Below, in pieces: positions 63,428 to 64,000 of a DNA stretch of 64,000 nucleotides. Within the stretch, counting starts at the first letter, position 1, and each line of letters starts with the position of its first letter. Made by a program: the position numbers and the translations under genes. Origin of the DNA: Eledone cirrhosa (taxonomy: Eukaryota); contig OZ024740.1 in NCBI GenBank assembly GCA_964016885.1, forward strand, positions 316,758,001-316,822,000, in the 5' to 3' direction. Below the pieces are notes generated by a model. The model made no database searches. It was not told the DNA's origin and saw only the letters and a program-made list of their open reading frames with translations.

Positions 63428-64000
63428 TTAAGGGGCTTCAGTTGGTGTGTATGCCAGAATGATCCAGAAAATATACGACTAAGCATGTTTTGTATGTTGT
63501 TAGGTTGAGATTGTTGAATATTTATGTAGAAGGTTCACCAGTAAACTGTTTATATCTTGAGAATTCTCTTGTAGATTGAATGTTGGATTTAACAGCAAAT
63601 CCTGCACAGCAACAAATTCATCTCCCATGACATTTGTTATACATATGGTAAGCAGTCGTTTGGGTGCATGTCTAATGTAGGAAACCAAAACGATAAGTAA
63701 AAATACAATTCAAAATATTCTTCACTCATTGTTTTAAATGTACCAAACTTTTAACTTGAGTGTCAACAAAAACTGATAGCAGTCTCTACAGTGATGTTGA
63801 ACAAATATGATGAATACTTCTCACATACCAGTAGATGAAACCAGTAAAAGAGTAATGTAATTATTCTGGCCAATAGACTATAACAATTCATAACTTTAAC
63901 AAGAAGTGAAAAGTTGAATGTGTTGTTACACACACCTATTATAGTTAGCTATCAAAAAATTCTCAATTTATGCAGACAAAACTAAGAAACCACAAAAGGA

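Overview
AT-rich animal genomic DNA, probably an octopod cephalopod (inferred only from the SINE and repeat repertoire). The right half (29.2-62.4 kb) holds a complete minus-strand SF3B3 (SAP130) gene: 27 coding exons, all GT-AG, 3654 nt = 1217 aa plus stop. Its introns contain a disabled piggyBac transposon, piggyBac and mariner-type MITEs, SINEs, RTE fragments, long hairpins and a CpG-decayed tRNA-Asp copy. The left half (1-28 kb) has no recognisable host gene and is made of retroelements. Its most striking part is a 16.5-kb array (3.7-20.2 kb) where nearly every element junction is an (AAT)n microsatellite. R4/Dong-like RLE-type LINEs lie on the + strand, while three lineages of Tx1-like APE-type LINEs and a tRNA-derived SINE all lie on the - strand. 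The SINE and the Tx1-like LINEs share a 3'-terminal motif, CCyTGTG...GAAA..(ATT)n, which suggests a microsatellite-targeting LINE/SINE partnership. The left half also has five CRE-clade 3' fragments, a non-autonomous LTR element with a tRNA-Trp PBS, a Chapaev3-like transposase relic and a Helitron-like end. Family assignments come from recognised motifs; no database search was run.
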